A DNA stretch of 64,000 nt from a virus (taxonomy: Duplodnaviria > Caudoviricetes), in IMG/VR virus record IMGVR_UViG_3300003962_000002, positions 15,229 to 79,228 of that record; one strand, given 5' to 3'. The position numbers and the translations under genes were made by a program. This document shows, one piece after another, positions 37,909 through 47,204 of the stretch. Under the pieces are notes generated by a model. It was given only the letters and a program-made list of their open reading frames with translations, did no database searches and had not been told where the DNA came from. The number at the start of each line of letters is the position of its first letter. Positions within the stretch are counted from its first letter, which is position 1.

Positions 37909-38705
37909 TAAAATAGTCCCTTTAACTTACTAGCTATATCTTGTCCAGAGATCGCCGTACTTACTGGATCGTATCCAAAATGTCCACGACTAAGAGGAAT
38001 AATGGGATATTGTAAAAACCTAAAACTACAAGTAGCTTCCATTGGAGTCAGGTTGGGTAGCCATTTTGTAAACCTTATCTTAAGATCCACCAACACCCAC
38101 ACGTCAGACTCTAGTCCTAATTGTCCTGTGGGAGTGCTTTCTTTATTTCCTAAAGTCTTACCGGCATAAATAACAACCAAAGGAGGACTAGTGTCTATAA
38201 TACCTTCAGCATAATTAGGGTAGCACAAAGAACGATAATAACTTAATTTATCCACAACACTAAGTTGTTCTCCTTCACCTTCATTAGAAAAACCACCAAA
38301 CAAATCTCCCAACGGAGGAACTTTGACTCCCATAAAACTTGAAGCAATACTACCTACCGCATTAACAGCAGTATCTATCACTGCGCTAATAGGATCTCTG
38401 TTTGCGGGTTTTAAGAAATCTCCGGTGTCTCTAGTAACTAGGGCATCAAAAGTTATTGCTCTAGGTCCGCCGTGTGCCCAAAATAATGGAGGAAGACTTT
38501 GTCCGGGTACAGCATTTGGAATCCAATTAGACACTATAGACTCTTCCATACTCTCTGGATTTAGAAGAAGTACGCCAGGCTCTACATATTCAGAAGCTAC
38601 TTTTCCATCAGCACCAACACGAACAATAGCTACCTTTTCCAACGCACCAGTGTTATTGGCTTTGGAAGGAAAGGCTAGTTGTCCTGGTTCTAACGGTCTA
38701 CGCAT
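37908..38705 (-). CDS. Tube initiator / CIS tube-like baseplate protein
   Basis: LLNPESMEE....NW....VPGQS.P...W..GGPR.I.F; position after the tape measure gene. Confidence 0.7.
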   Translation of the reverse strand: MRRPLEPGQLAFPSKANNTGALEKVAIVRVGADGKVASEYVEPGVLLLNPESMEESIVSNWIPNAVPGQSLPPLFWAHGGPRAITFDALVTRDTGDFLKPANRDPISAVIDTAVNAVGSIASSFMGVKVPPLGDLFGGFSNEGEGEQLSVVDKLSYYRSLCYPNYAEGIIDTSPPLVVIYAGKTLGNKESTPTGQLGLESDVWVLVDLKIRFTKWLPNLTPMEATCSFRFLQYPIIPLSRGHFGYDPVSTAISGQDIASKLKGLF

Positions 38706-38706
38706 A

Positions 38707-41064
38707 TTAACACCTGTGAGTTTTCGCTAGATTGGTTTGATCTGGTTTGTTCGCTGTCTTTTTAGTATTTTCATTTACTTGCGAGGCATTGAGGGCTTCG
38801 GTCATTATTGCTCTCCATTCCTCCGGCGTTATTACTTTCCCTCCAGCGGAGGTTCCAGATATAGCAGCGTTTATTGCTGATTGCATCTTTTTCTGGGCGT
38901 TTTGATCCAACGTAGACATAACCTCTTTAAGACGCTCCATCTTACCGAATTCTGTCATTTGCATTGGCATGGAAAATCTGTCTATTTTTGGCGCTGTGGC
39001 TTGGATTTGCATTTTATTCAAAGCTTCCGCAAAAGCCGCTTCTTTATTTTTAGGTGATACTTCAAGTTTATACTGTTCAGAATAGTCCGCTGCGTGTCCA
39101 GGCCCAAACTGTTTTAATGCTGCTATTCTCTGAGACTCTGAAACTAATTGCTCGGTCTTACTTATAGCCTCATCCGTAGAAATAGGCTTGCCTAGTTTAC
39201 GATAAGTATTAATTATGGCAGTATACTCTCTAGTCTTCATTAAATCATTAATGCGTTGTTGTTCAGCTTGAGAACCGGATAAGCTAAACATGTTGGCGGT
39301 GGCGTTTATAATCTTATCTAACAATCCTGCTACTGGGCCGCCGAAAGTAGCATCTAATTCATTTAGAGTCTGCCCTAATAAAATACCCGCACCAGCGGCA
39401 GCACCTACTGCCGAGACAAATAATCCTAAATTAGCCATCTTTCCCAAAGAACTTGGAACCGCTGTGGTAGGTATTTCAGGAGTTGTGGTTTTCGAAGAAC
39501 CAAAAAATCTTTCTATGCCTTTAGCGAACACTACGTACAATGGGTCTCTAGCAGAACCTTCTGGTCCTTTTCCCGCTCTACCTCCACCAAAGAAACTTCC
39601 TATTATCGGGAGTTTTCCTAAAATTCCCTTACCAATAGATAAAAGTTTGAACGCTGCATATAATCCAGTAGCAGCGGCTGTAATAGAAACTAAAGTATCT
39701 CTTATGGGGTTTCCTGCTTCGATCCAAGATCGTGACCAGCCTTTAGGATCACTGTCGCTGAAAAACTTAGAAAACAACTTTCCAACAGGAGACAATAAAT
39801 CTCCTAAGTCTTTAACCCACTTTATTAACGTACCGCCAGCATCATTTACAAAAGAGATAATGGTAGCTGCTACTCTAGCTATATTAGTAGTTAATTCTAA
39901 TAATCCTTGTTTCCTCAAGAACTCGTGTAAACCGGAGTCCATTTTTCCAATGCCTTTTTTGAAATTATCAGCATCTTGAAGGAACGAAGAAATGAGTTGA
40001 AAAACTCCAACCCCAATACCACCTATAGCTTTTAAACCTTTGGTAAAAGGTTCTATTGATTTTTCTACGTTTCCGAAGGCTGCGGCGAGGCCGAGCAAGC
40101 TGAATGCTAGGAAGGGGATACCGCCCATTCCTAAGGCTCCCAAAGCCTTGAACAGCAGTCTTCCGGTTCCTACAGTAGCTATGAGTCCTGCGAAAGCACT
40201 AGTAACTATTACTATGTTTTTCACAGTCTGTACCATAGTTTTGTCGGAAGTTTTTATTCTTTCCATGAAACTGGTAATTGCGTCTGACACTTGAGTGAAC
40301 TTTTCGAAAATGGGGGTTAGAGCCTTCCCGAGGAAAAGACTGCTCTCACCTTTTAAAAAAGCAAAAGATTGAGACAACTCTTGTATGGTGTCTGACAAAT
40401 CTTTTGTCTCATTTCCCATTCCACCAGTAGCAGCTTCTAAAGCTGCCATACCGATTCGTAATTTAGCTTGCGTAGACAATACGTTTCCGTATATGCCTCC
40501 AGCTTTCTGAAGCACTGCCATTTGAGCTTGTAGTTGTACGTTAGTTGGTGTCAAAACATTTAAGAAAGATAAAGAGGATACTGAACCCTCTTTCATAAAG
40601 TCTACGACTTTTTTTATACCTTCTGCTGAACTGAGTCCTGCTCGTTTTGCTGCTGTTCCTGCTCTAGCTACTATTTGAGCAATCTGTTTGACGTCGCCGC
40701 TAATTCCTGTAGCTTGTAAGGCTACTCCAGCCCTCATAGCTTCCATGCGATCAATAGTGTTATTTGTCAAACTGTTGATTTGGGAGAACAAATCTCCTCT
40801 AGGTCCTAATACTTTTTCAAATTGAGTAGACAATCGATCTAACTCTCCAGCCTTAACTAAAGAGTCTCCTAACATAGAAAATTGTCTAGTAAAAAACCCA
40901 ACAAAAGCAGTAGTAGAAAACATAATACGGTTAAATTCAGTTAAGTCTACTTTAGTTTGCTTAATTGATTTATTCGTATTATCGAATCCGTCTTTTATTT
41001 TTTTCAAAGAGGCAGAAGCTGCGTCTTTTACTTTTGCTATAACTGTTAGGGTCTTATTTGCCAT
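38707..41064 (-). CDS. Tape measure protein (785 aa)
   Basis: Ala/Gly-rich helical; N-terminal AKVKDAASASL; directly after tail chaperone genes. Confidence 0.85.
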   Translation of the reverse strand: MANKTLTVIAKVKDAASASLKKIKDGFDNTNKSIKQTKVDLTEFNRIMFSTTAFVGFFTRQFSMLGDSLVKAGELDRLSTQFEKVLGPRGDLFSQINSLTNNTIDRMEAMRAGVALQATGISGDVKQIAQIVARAGTAAKRAGLSSAEGIKKVVDFMKEGSVSSLSFLNVLTPTNVQLQAQMAVLQKAGGIYGNVLSTQAKLRIGMAALEAATGGMGNETKDLSDTIQELSQSFAFLKGESSLFLGKALTPIFEKFTQVSDAITSFMERIKTSDKTMVQTVKNIVIVTSAFAGLIATVGTGRLLFKALGALGMGGIPFLAFSLLGLAAAFGNVEKSIEPFTKGLKAIGGIGVGVFQLISSFLQDADNFKKGIGKMDSGLHEFLRKQGLLELTTNIARVAATIISFVNDAGGTLIKWVKDLGDLLSPVGKLFSKFFSDSDPKGWSRSWIEAGNPIRDTLVSITAAATGLYAAFKLLSIGKGILGKLPIIGSFFGGGRAGKGPEGSARDPLYVVFAKGIERFFGSSKTTTPEIPTTAVPSSLGKMANLGLFVSAVGAAAGAGILLGQTLNELDATFGGPVAGLLDKIINATANMFSLSGSQAEQQRINDLMKTREYTAIINTYRKLGKPISTDEAISKTEQLVSESQRIAALKQFGPGHAADYSEQYKLEVSPKNKEAAFAEALNKMQIQATAPKIDRFSMPMQMTEFGKMERLKEVMSTLDQNAQKKMQSAINAAISGTSAGGKVITPEEWRAIMTEALNASQVNENTKKTANKPDQTNLAKTHRC

Positions 41065-41243
41065 TAGTTCTTATCCGCTGAAGCGTCCAATACTACTTGG
41101 ACTAGTTCTTTTCTGTATGACCATTTTAAACCGTCTATATCACCGGGAGACCACCTGAAATACTTACCCAATATAACATAATCTGATAGCAGATCGTTTT
41201 TATGGTCTATATATTCAAGCTCAAAGATCCCCCGGTATGGGAG
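41064..41243 (-). CDS. -1 frame extension of the tail assembly chaperone (GT-type product, 303 aa total)
   Basis: Slippery T TTT TTC at 41243-41249; -1 frame open for 59 codons (LPYRG...WSPGDIDGLKWSYRKEL...) ending TAATG on the TMP start. Confidence 0.8.
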   Translation of the reverse strand, partial: LPYRGIFELEYIDHKNDLLSDYVILGKYFRWSPGDIDGLKWSYRKELVQVVLDASADKN

Positions 41244-41974
41244 AAAAAATCGGGACGATAAGGATTTAGTTTAACTCTGAAGTCCTTCCCACAATCAGGA
41301 TTACTACAAGTAATTTCTACAGTAGTATCTATTGTACCTTCTAATTTCAAGTCTTCCATTTGATCATTAAGATACATCAAATCCAATACAGGAATATCTT
41401 CCATATCTTTAGAAGTGGGGTCTTTTTGATCAATACTCTTAATTGCAATCTTTACTGATTCTGTAATAAGTTTGTCTTGTTTATCAGTGCTGATTTTTAA
41501 CATCTCGTAAATATCACGAAGATATGGAGGTTTTAACTCTACTACTTTACCAGACTTTGGTAATGTTATTTGTTTCTTTGTGAACAATTCCTCTTGAGTC
41601 ATCACGTCTAGTTCTAGTTTGTCTAGATCTAGCCGGAGGTTCTTGTGGTGGTGTGAGCAGTGGGAGCAGATTGCTTCGTGGAAGAATTTAGGACCAAAGG
41701 TGTTCTCTCTCAGTCTGATTAGGATGGTCTCTAAGTCTCCGTTGGGTAGTCGCCAAATACCATCCTTTGCTACGTCGCCTTTCCACGCCAAACCTTGTTC
41801 CGTTTCAAACGACAAGACCACATCCCCTAAAATCTTGGAGATGTGGCCTATATTATTCAATACAAGTTTTTGGTCAGCAAGGTAATTTTGTTGTTTACCT
41901 CGCAATTCATCGATATTACAATAATTAAATAAATCTAAACCATCAATAAACCCATTGGGTAGTTGAATACGCAT
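41207..41974 (-). CDS. Tail assembly chaperone (T4 gp51-like, CxxC motifs)
   Basis: DLE.IL..LR...FG, C..C, V.LK.P...D, I.C..P.CG; between tube and TMP genes. Confidence 0.8.
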   Translation of the reverse strand: MRIQLPNGFIDGLDLFNYCNIDELRGKQQNYLADQKLVLNNIGHISKILGDVVLSFETEQGLAWKGDVAKDGIWRLPNGDLETILIRLRENTFGPKFFHEAICSHCSHHHKNLRLDLDKLELDVMTQEELFTKKQITLPKSGKVVELKPPYLRDIYEMLKISTDKQDKLITESVKIAIKSIDQKDPTSKDMEDIPVLDLMYLNDQMEDLKLEGTIDTTVEITCSNPDCGKDFRVKLNPYRPDFFSHTGGSLSLNI

Positions 41975-42002
41975 AACTTCTCCTCGTAAAGTTATTTGTT
42001 AT

Positions 42003-42626
42003 TTAAAATAAACTAGATAAATTACCTGCTATTAAATTTCCTGCTAAACCTGCTGCACCAGTATACTTCACATCAAATCCCTCATACCCCAAAACTAGAG
42101 TTTCAATGCTTACTTCGTCATCAGCTTTTGCATCAAAGTCGGAAGCTGGTTGATAACCCAGTACTATGCAGTTATATAACACATATATTACTTCTACTTG
42201 GCCTGCCCTATTTGTGTGTTCTATCTTAACTTGTTTTCTATAGTTAAACGGATAGCTGGCACTACTTGGGACCGACGCTGCGCCGTTGTTTTGAAAGCTT
42301 TCTAATTGTTGACCAACAAAACTACTTCCATAAACAGAGTCAGAACTTTTTAGTGCGGCGTTGTTTTGAACAAGATCTATACACGAAGTAGCCCACTTGC
42401 TAAAACTTGTATCGTTGGTTACGCCTCTTGTAAACGTTACTGGAGCATAAGAGATTCTATCAACTATTAGTTTTGGATTTAAGTGTGCGCCGCCTTCAGC
42501 ATACTCTCTAGGGGTTATTACTGACCTAGGAACTCCACACTGAGTAAAGCCTAGTCTAGAAAAACCAGGAATATCAACTGTCCACCTAAACCTATCAAAT
42601 ACGTCCGCTACTCCACTTCTAGCCAT
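42003..42626 (-). CDS. Tail tube protein paralogue 3 (T4 gp19/Afp1-like)
   Basis: DRFRWTV, GF.....P, EYAEGG, YAPVTFTRGVT, IETLVL.YEG. Confidence 0.85.
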   Translation of the reverse strand: MARSGVADVFDRFRWTVDIPGFSRLGFTQCGVPRSVITPREYAEGGAHLNPKLIVDRISYAPVTFTRGVTNDTSFSKWATSCIDLVQNNAALKSSDSVYGSSFVGQQLESFQNNGAASVPSSASYPFNYRKQVKIEHTNRAGQVEVIYVLYNCIVLGYQPASDFDAKADDEVSIETLVLGYEGFDVKYTGAAGLAGNLIAGNLSSLF

Positions 42627-43309
42627 TAGAAAAGTCCTTTCAAAAAGCCAAGAGTGGATGCCGCTGCGCCTACAATTCCTGCTCTAGAAGCGGCTTGCTC
42701 TGCTGCAATAGTTATGTTGTGCAAAGCTTCTTGTACTGTTTTTCCTTCAGTTTCTATAGAATTTTCAAAAGTCAAAGACATTTCTTCTATAGCTATTTCT
42801 GAAGAAGAGGCATTAAAATCATTAACACCTTTATACTCACTTGGCCACGCATTATACAGTAACCAATGTTTTACGTATTGTCCATTGCGATCAACAGAAG
42901 ATATTAATACTTCTCTTCTAAAGTTTGGCTCTTGGAACGGTATTGCTGATAAGAAAGATAAAGACTCCTGAAACTTATTCAAAGTGGAGACTTCGTTATT
43001 AACCATTTCCCACCACGCATACAAACCGTTGTCATTGGTCATACCTCGTTTCAACACTACAGGCTCATAACGAGTTAGTCCTGGTTGTTTTGTGAGGGTT
43101 GAGCCGAAAGTATTTTCTCTATACTCTATTTCTTTAACTTTTCCACGAGGCGTAATTACTTCGCTAAATCCTGCTCGTTTTAGAATGGTGTTGTCCTTCT
43201 TAGTTCCTAGACTGGATGTACCAGAAGTAATAGTCCCAGATACATTGTCAAAAACAAGTACCTGGAACCTAAATTTTTCTATAGGATCATTAGAAGAACT
43301 TCTTGCCAT
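42626..43309 (-). CDS. Tail tube protein paralogue 2
   Basis: DPIEKFRF.V, AGFSEV, EYRE, PGL..YEPVVLKRG, W.LYNAWP, IEE.SL.FE. Confidence 0.88.
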   Translation of the reverse strand: MARSSSNDPIEKFRFQVLVFDNVSGTITSGTSSLGTKKDNTILKRAGFSEVITPRGKVKEIEYRENTFGSTLTKQPGLTRYEPVVLKRGMTNDNGLYAWWEMVNNEVSTLNKFQESLSFLSAIPFQEPNFRREVLISSVDRNGQYVKHWLLYNAWPSEYKGVNDFNASSSEIAIEEMSLTFENSIETEGKTVQEALHNITIAAEQAASRAGIVGAAASTLGFLKGLF

Positions 43310-43319
43310 TTAAAACTCA

Positions 43320-43901
43320 TTAAGCTGGATATTCGGCGGATACTGCTGCTGAGGTGCTTTGTAGTGTCAGTTCTTGGAAATCTTCGTAAGCTAGCGTTAA
43401 AGATTCCAAAGCTTTGTCTCCGTCTTCTCCTGCGTTTAGGTCGCTAGCAGGAACAAAGTTAACTGGCCACGCATTATATAGTTTATAAATACGTGCCACT
43501 GCTCCAGAACGGTCAAGAATCTTAATGGTCAAATCTTTACGATATTCATAAGCAGCTTGGTTTGGATCTCGTGTTGTGCCTGCGCCTCGAATTCCAGGAG
43601 CGCCGGGTTGGGGATTATGAACCGCACTCATCCACTTATAAAAAGCGTTTGAAGCTGCATCATGCTTAACCAAACCACGAGTGAGAGTAATATCTTCCAT
43701 AGAAGAAAGTCCAGCAGACAACATATTAATGTCTGGATCATGACCTTCTCGATATGAAATTTTATTGGTCGAACGTTTAGGCATACCTACTTCAAAAAAA
43801 CCGGCACGACCAATGCCAGTCGCTTCTGAATCGCCATCACTTGACCATTCCACGAGAAATCGAAACTTTTCTAGTGGATCAGTAGTAGAACTTCTTGCCA
43901 T
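43320..43901 (-). CDS. Tail tube protein paralogue 1 (probable major tube)
   Basis: DPLEKFRF.V, AGF.EV, YREG, AGL....DITLTRG, LYNAWP, ESLTLAYE; AGGAG RBS. Confidence 0.9.
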   Translation of the reverse strand: MARSSTTDPLEKFRFLVEWSSDGDSEATGIGRAGFFEVGMPKRSTNKISYREGHDPDINMLSAGLSSMEDITLTRGLVKHDAASNAFYKWMSAVHNPQPGAPGIRGAGTTRDPNQAAYEYRKDLTIKILDRSGAVARIYKLYNAWPVNFVPASDLNAGEDGDKALESLTLAYEDFQELTLQSTSAAVSAEYPA

Positions 43902-43918
43902 TTTCTAACTCCTATTAA

Positions 43919-43936
43919 GGCCCAACTTAATGGGCC
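43919..43936 (-). other. Intercistronic hairpin between sheath and tube
   Basis: GGCCCA-6nt-TGGGCC; short U tract, so weak terminator or mRNA stabiliser. Confidence 0.4.
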
Positions 43937-43951
43937 AGTTTGTAATTTTAA

Positions 43952-45736
43952 TTAAGCTGCTGGAAGCGGAAACTCAAGAGCGATTTCAATAAATCTCACA
44001 GCTTTGTTTGGACGTACTTGAATTCTTACTTTTAACAATCCTTGGTCCAATTCATTTTGAGTAGGCTCTACGGAGATTACTTTAAATTTACTAGATTCTG
44101 GAAGTCCGGCAGGGAAAAGGTGAATATTGTTTCTACAGAAAGCTTCAATAGCACCTTGTACTTGTCCTTGAGTGGCAGGGCTAAAGTTTTCCCAAAGGAA
44201 AGCTCTCAAACCTGGCTCAAGAGAAGCTTTGATATATTGAAGGGTTCTCATTACTTGGATCAGTTGTTCGTCCGCAGTGAATACTGCTGATACGCCTGAG
44301 TCTGCTGAGTAGCCGCCGAATACAACCGGACCAGAACCGAAAGAGGTGATTCGGTTGATGAAGTTGAGGCGAAGAGGTTCTGCGTCTTTGCGCTCAGATA
44401 GCGCCAACTGCAACCCGGATACACCAGCCAAGCCCGCATACTGAATACCTGCTGGAGCGTGCGAAGGACCTCCAATAGAGATATTAGCGTCGATACGAGC
44501 GATCATACCAGCTACGTGTCCGACAGGATCAACAATAACTAAGTCGCCAGGAAGAGCAGTAGAACTCTCATCAACAACCACTACAGCATTAAAGTACCAA
44601 GCAGCTACACGAGATACTGAGTTAGAAATAACTTCATTTTTGTAAGTTACTGCCGAAGGACGACAAATAAGTACGTCATCTCCGGGAGACAAGAACGTAG
44701 AAGGATCAGGAGTAACTGTTACTGAGTCCGCAGAATCATCAACAGCACTAATAACGCCTACATAAGTCTCGGCTTGATTTTTAACGATCATGCCCGGAGT
44801 AACGCTCGACAAAGTCAAGTTACCATCCGAACCGCCGGAAAGAGTTGCTCCAGAAACAGTCAAGTTTACCGCATCTTGAGTAAGAGTTGCAATTGAGTTT
44901 CCGGCAGCGCCAGCAGCGGCAGCAGTCACAGTCACCACAGCGCCGACGGCAGCCGCATTGACGGCAGCTAAGGCAGCGATTGCGGCGGCCAAAGAGGTGG
45001 CCGTAGCGTCGTTACTAGTAATAGCACTCCACTCAACACCTTCAGTCAAAACAGTACCATTTACGGTAACGGTCTTACCAGCAAGTTGAGTATAATCCAC
45101 GACAGTATAGGTTCCTGTAGCGGCTACAGAAGTGTTTTCGCTATAAATATCTAGTACCCAAGGACCGGCTCCAGTGATTGCTTGGAGTTGGCCGGTAAGT
45201 AAAGTAGTATCTACATCAGCACGATTGATTTCTTTAGGAATAGCGACCAAAGAAAATACGGTGGATAAGGTAGAGCCAAATTCTGCACGAATAGTCTCAG
45301 CATAATCAATAACTGCGGATTGAACCAAATAAGCCATAGACAAAGGAAGTCCGGGACACATTACGAGGCCGATATCATCAATACCGTCTAATGCACGAAG
45401 ACCAGTACCAGCCGCAGCATTTCCAATAAAGGAGGCAGCAGTAGGAGAAGTGCCTACGTTAACGATGATAGCTCGTGCGCCAGAACCAGCATTGTCATAA
45501 TAACCTTTTACAGCATAATAAGCCTCATACTCTACTTCGTCTGGTCCGCCAAAAGCGTCAACAAACTCTTCAAGAGAAGTTACTTCGGTAGGCGTGTTTA
45601 CTGGTGCGCCGCCCAAAGAAGTAGAAATCAGAATCGCAGCTACAGAAATACCAGCCCCTGGAATGGAAACATTACCTAGAGGTTGATCAAATACCTGTAC
45701 TCGTTCTGGCCCTACGTTAGTGTTCAAAAGTGCCAT
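43952..45736 (-). CDS. Contractile tail sheath protein
   Basis: GPERVQVF, TEVTSLEEFV..FG, GL.AL..IDDI, P.GHVAG..AR.D, APAG, L...INRI, FENFSP, V.I..RP.KAV.FI.I. Confidence 0.93.
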   Translation of the reverse strand: MALLNTNVGPERVQVFDQPLGNVSIPGAGISVAAILISTSLGGAPVNTPTEVTSLEEFVDAFGGPDEVEYEAYYAVKGYYDNAGSGARAIIVNVGTSPTAASFIGNAAAGTGLRALDGIDDIGLVMCPGLPLSMAYLVQSAVIDYAETIRAEFGSTLSTVFSLVAIPKEINRADVDTTLLTGQLQAITGAGPWVLDIYSENTSVAATGTYTVVDYTQLAGKTVTVNGTVLTEGVEWSAITSNDATATSLAAAIAALAAVNAAAVGAVVTVTAAAAGAAGNSIATLTQDAVNLTVSGATLSGGSDGNLTLSSVTPGMIVKNQAETYVGVISAVDDSADSVTVTPDPSTFLSPGDDVLICRPSAVTYKNEVISNSVSRVAAWYFNAVVVVDESSTALPGDLVIVDPVGHVAGMIARIDANISIGGPSHAPAGIQYAGLAGVSGLQLALSERKDAEPLRLNFINRITSFGSGPVVFGGYSADSGVSAVFTADEQLIQVMRTLQYIKASLEPGLRAFLWENFSPATQGQVQGAIEAFCRNNIHLFPAGLPESSKFKVISVEPTQNELDQGLLKVRIQVRPNKAVRFIEIALEFPLPAA

Positions 45737-45748
45737 CTAATTAATCTC

Positions 45749-47203
45749 CTAGTCTAAAATTTCAGGATCATCTATGTTTACGCCGATAAGTTTGATGTTT
45801 TGTACAACGCCATCATAATTGATAGCTTCGCCTTGACGATCAATCCAAACTTGTATCCAAAAAGTGAATTCGTGACTCCAGTATTGAGCGCCCTCAATGT
45901 CTTTAGTAACGTGATCTACGAAATGGAACATGAATGTTCTGTATTCAGCGTTTGTGACTACTTTAGTATTATTTGTTGTAACAAACGTATCAGGAACTAT
46001 ATCAGCTAATACTATCTGATTAGTGCCTATTTTATCTATGACTGTGGATTCAAATATGGCCATGAATCCATTGCCGTTTCTAGCTTTTGTAGGAACTAGA
46101 TCGTCGAACACAAACACTTTATCATTGATGTTTATATCCGCATTACTAGTGATTTGAAGTATGTTGCTTCCGCCCGTTGCTACGTTTGCGGTTAGTTTTT
46201 GATCTACACTCAATCTACTTCTAACTACCGTAGGTAGTGCTGTTCTTGGTGGGTTGAACTCTTCCCACATTCTAGTTGCTACGTCTACGTGAGTATTTCG
46301 TTCTTTTGAATCTATTCTAACTAAGTAATAAACGTCTATGGGCACTTGTGGGTCGGTTAGGGCCATGGACTCGTATATTTCGCAATCCGCTCCTAAACCT
46401 ACTCCACCTGTAATTGGTTTTGTTTGATCCATAGTAGTGAAAGTAACAAGACTTGGATCGGAGGTTTGGAATACGTTTCCCACACGAGTTATGGTTCCGT
46501 TTGCAGCGGTACTAGGGCTTCCGACTCCACCAATAACCACACTCTTAGTATTTACGTTCACTGAGGATATGGTCCACGGAACAGAAGAACTGTCTACAAA
46601 CTGATCCCCAACCTTCACAGTATTTAAATCTAGTGCAGTCAAAAACGTCACTGTTCTGGAGGTTGTGTTAAAAGAGATAGCAGGAGTATTACTAACTAAA
46701 TCCTGCGACACTTCTATTTCGTGAGGACTTGAGGAGTTTACAGTAACCGAAGCTACTTTATAAGTTCCTATATTATTTCCAGTACGAACTCTAAGAAGAT
46801 TGCCTACTTGTACTTTTCTTATTTTGTAGGTACTGGTAGTAATTATGTTTCCGGGAGAAGTAATAGCTCCGTCAGAAGCGAATAGAGTGGTTTCAAAAGC
46901 TTGTGGGGCGGTGGCTACTGGAGTTAATTGAGTCTTTCCGTATTGAGGTATTACTCGTCCTGTAGTCCTATCTTCTTTCATTTTAAGAAGTTTTACAAAG
47001 AAATGCGGATATTGTATAAAGCTTGCGTCCGCACTTGAATCGTAAAAATCAGCTTCTACAGGCAACTGAACCACTTCACCAGTAATAGGATCAAAAGTAT
47101 CTCGTAAAACTGTGTGACTAGGAGTACGATCTTCATGAAAGGTAATACGCCTTACCTCTCTAGAAATAGCTTCTTCAACATCTCGTAATATGCGTACAGT
47201 CAT
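45749..47203 (-). CDS. Tail completion/terminator-like protein with inserted beta domains
   Basis: Immediately upstream of sheath; N- and C-terminal halves (YP...V.L..., YYL.ID....., F...I.V) flank inserted modules. Confidence 0.55.
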   Translation of the reverse strand: MTVRILRDVEEAISREVRRITFHEDRTPSHTVLRDTFDPITGEVVQLPVEADFYDSSADASFIQYPHFFVKLLKMKEDRTTGRVIPQYGKTQLTPVATAPQAFETTLFASDGAITSPGNIITTSTYKIRKVQVGNLLRVRTGNNIGTYKVASVTVNSSSPHEIEVSQDLVSNTPAISFNTTSRTVTFLTALDLNTVKVGDQFVDSSSVPWTISSVNVNTKSVVIGGVGSPSTAANGTITRVGNVFQTSDPSLVTFTTMDQTKPITGGVGLGADCEIYESMALTDPQVPIDVYYLVRIDSKERNTHVDVATRMWEEFNPPRTALPTVVRSRLSVDQKLTANVATGGSNILQITSNADININDKVFVFDDLVPTKARNGNGFMAIFESTVIDKIGTNQIVLADIVPDTFVTTNNTKVVTNAEYRTFMFHFVDHVTKDIEGAQYWSHEFTFWIQVWIDRQGEAINYDGVVQNIKLIGVNIDDPEILD

Positions 47204-47204
47204 T

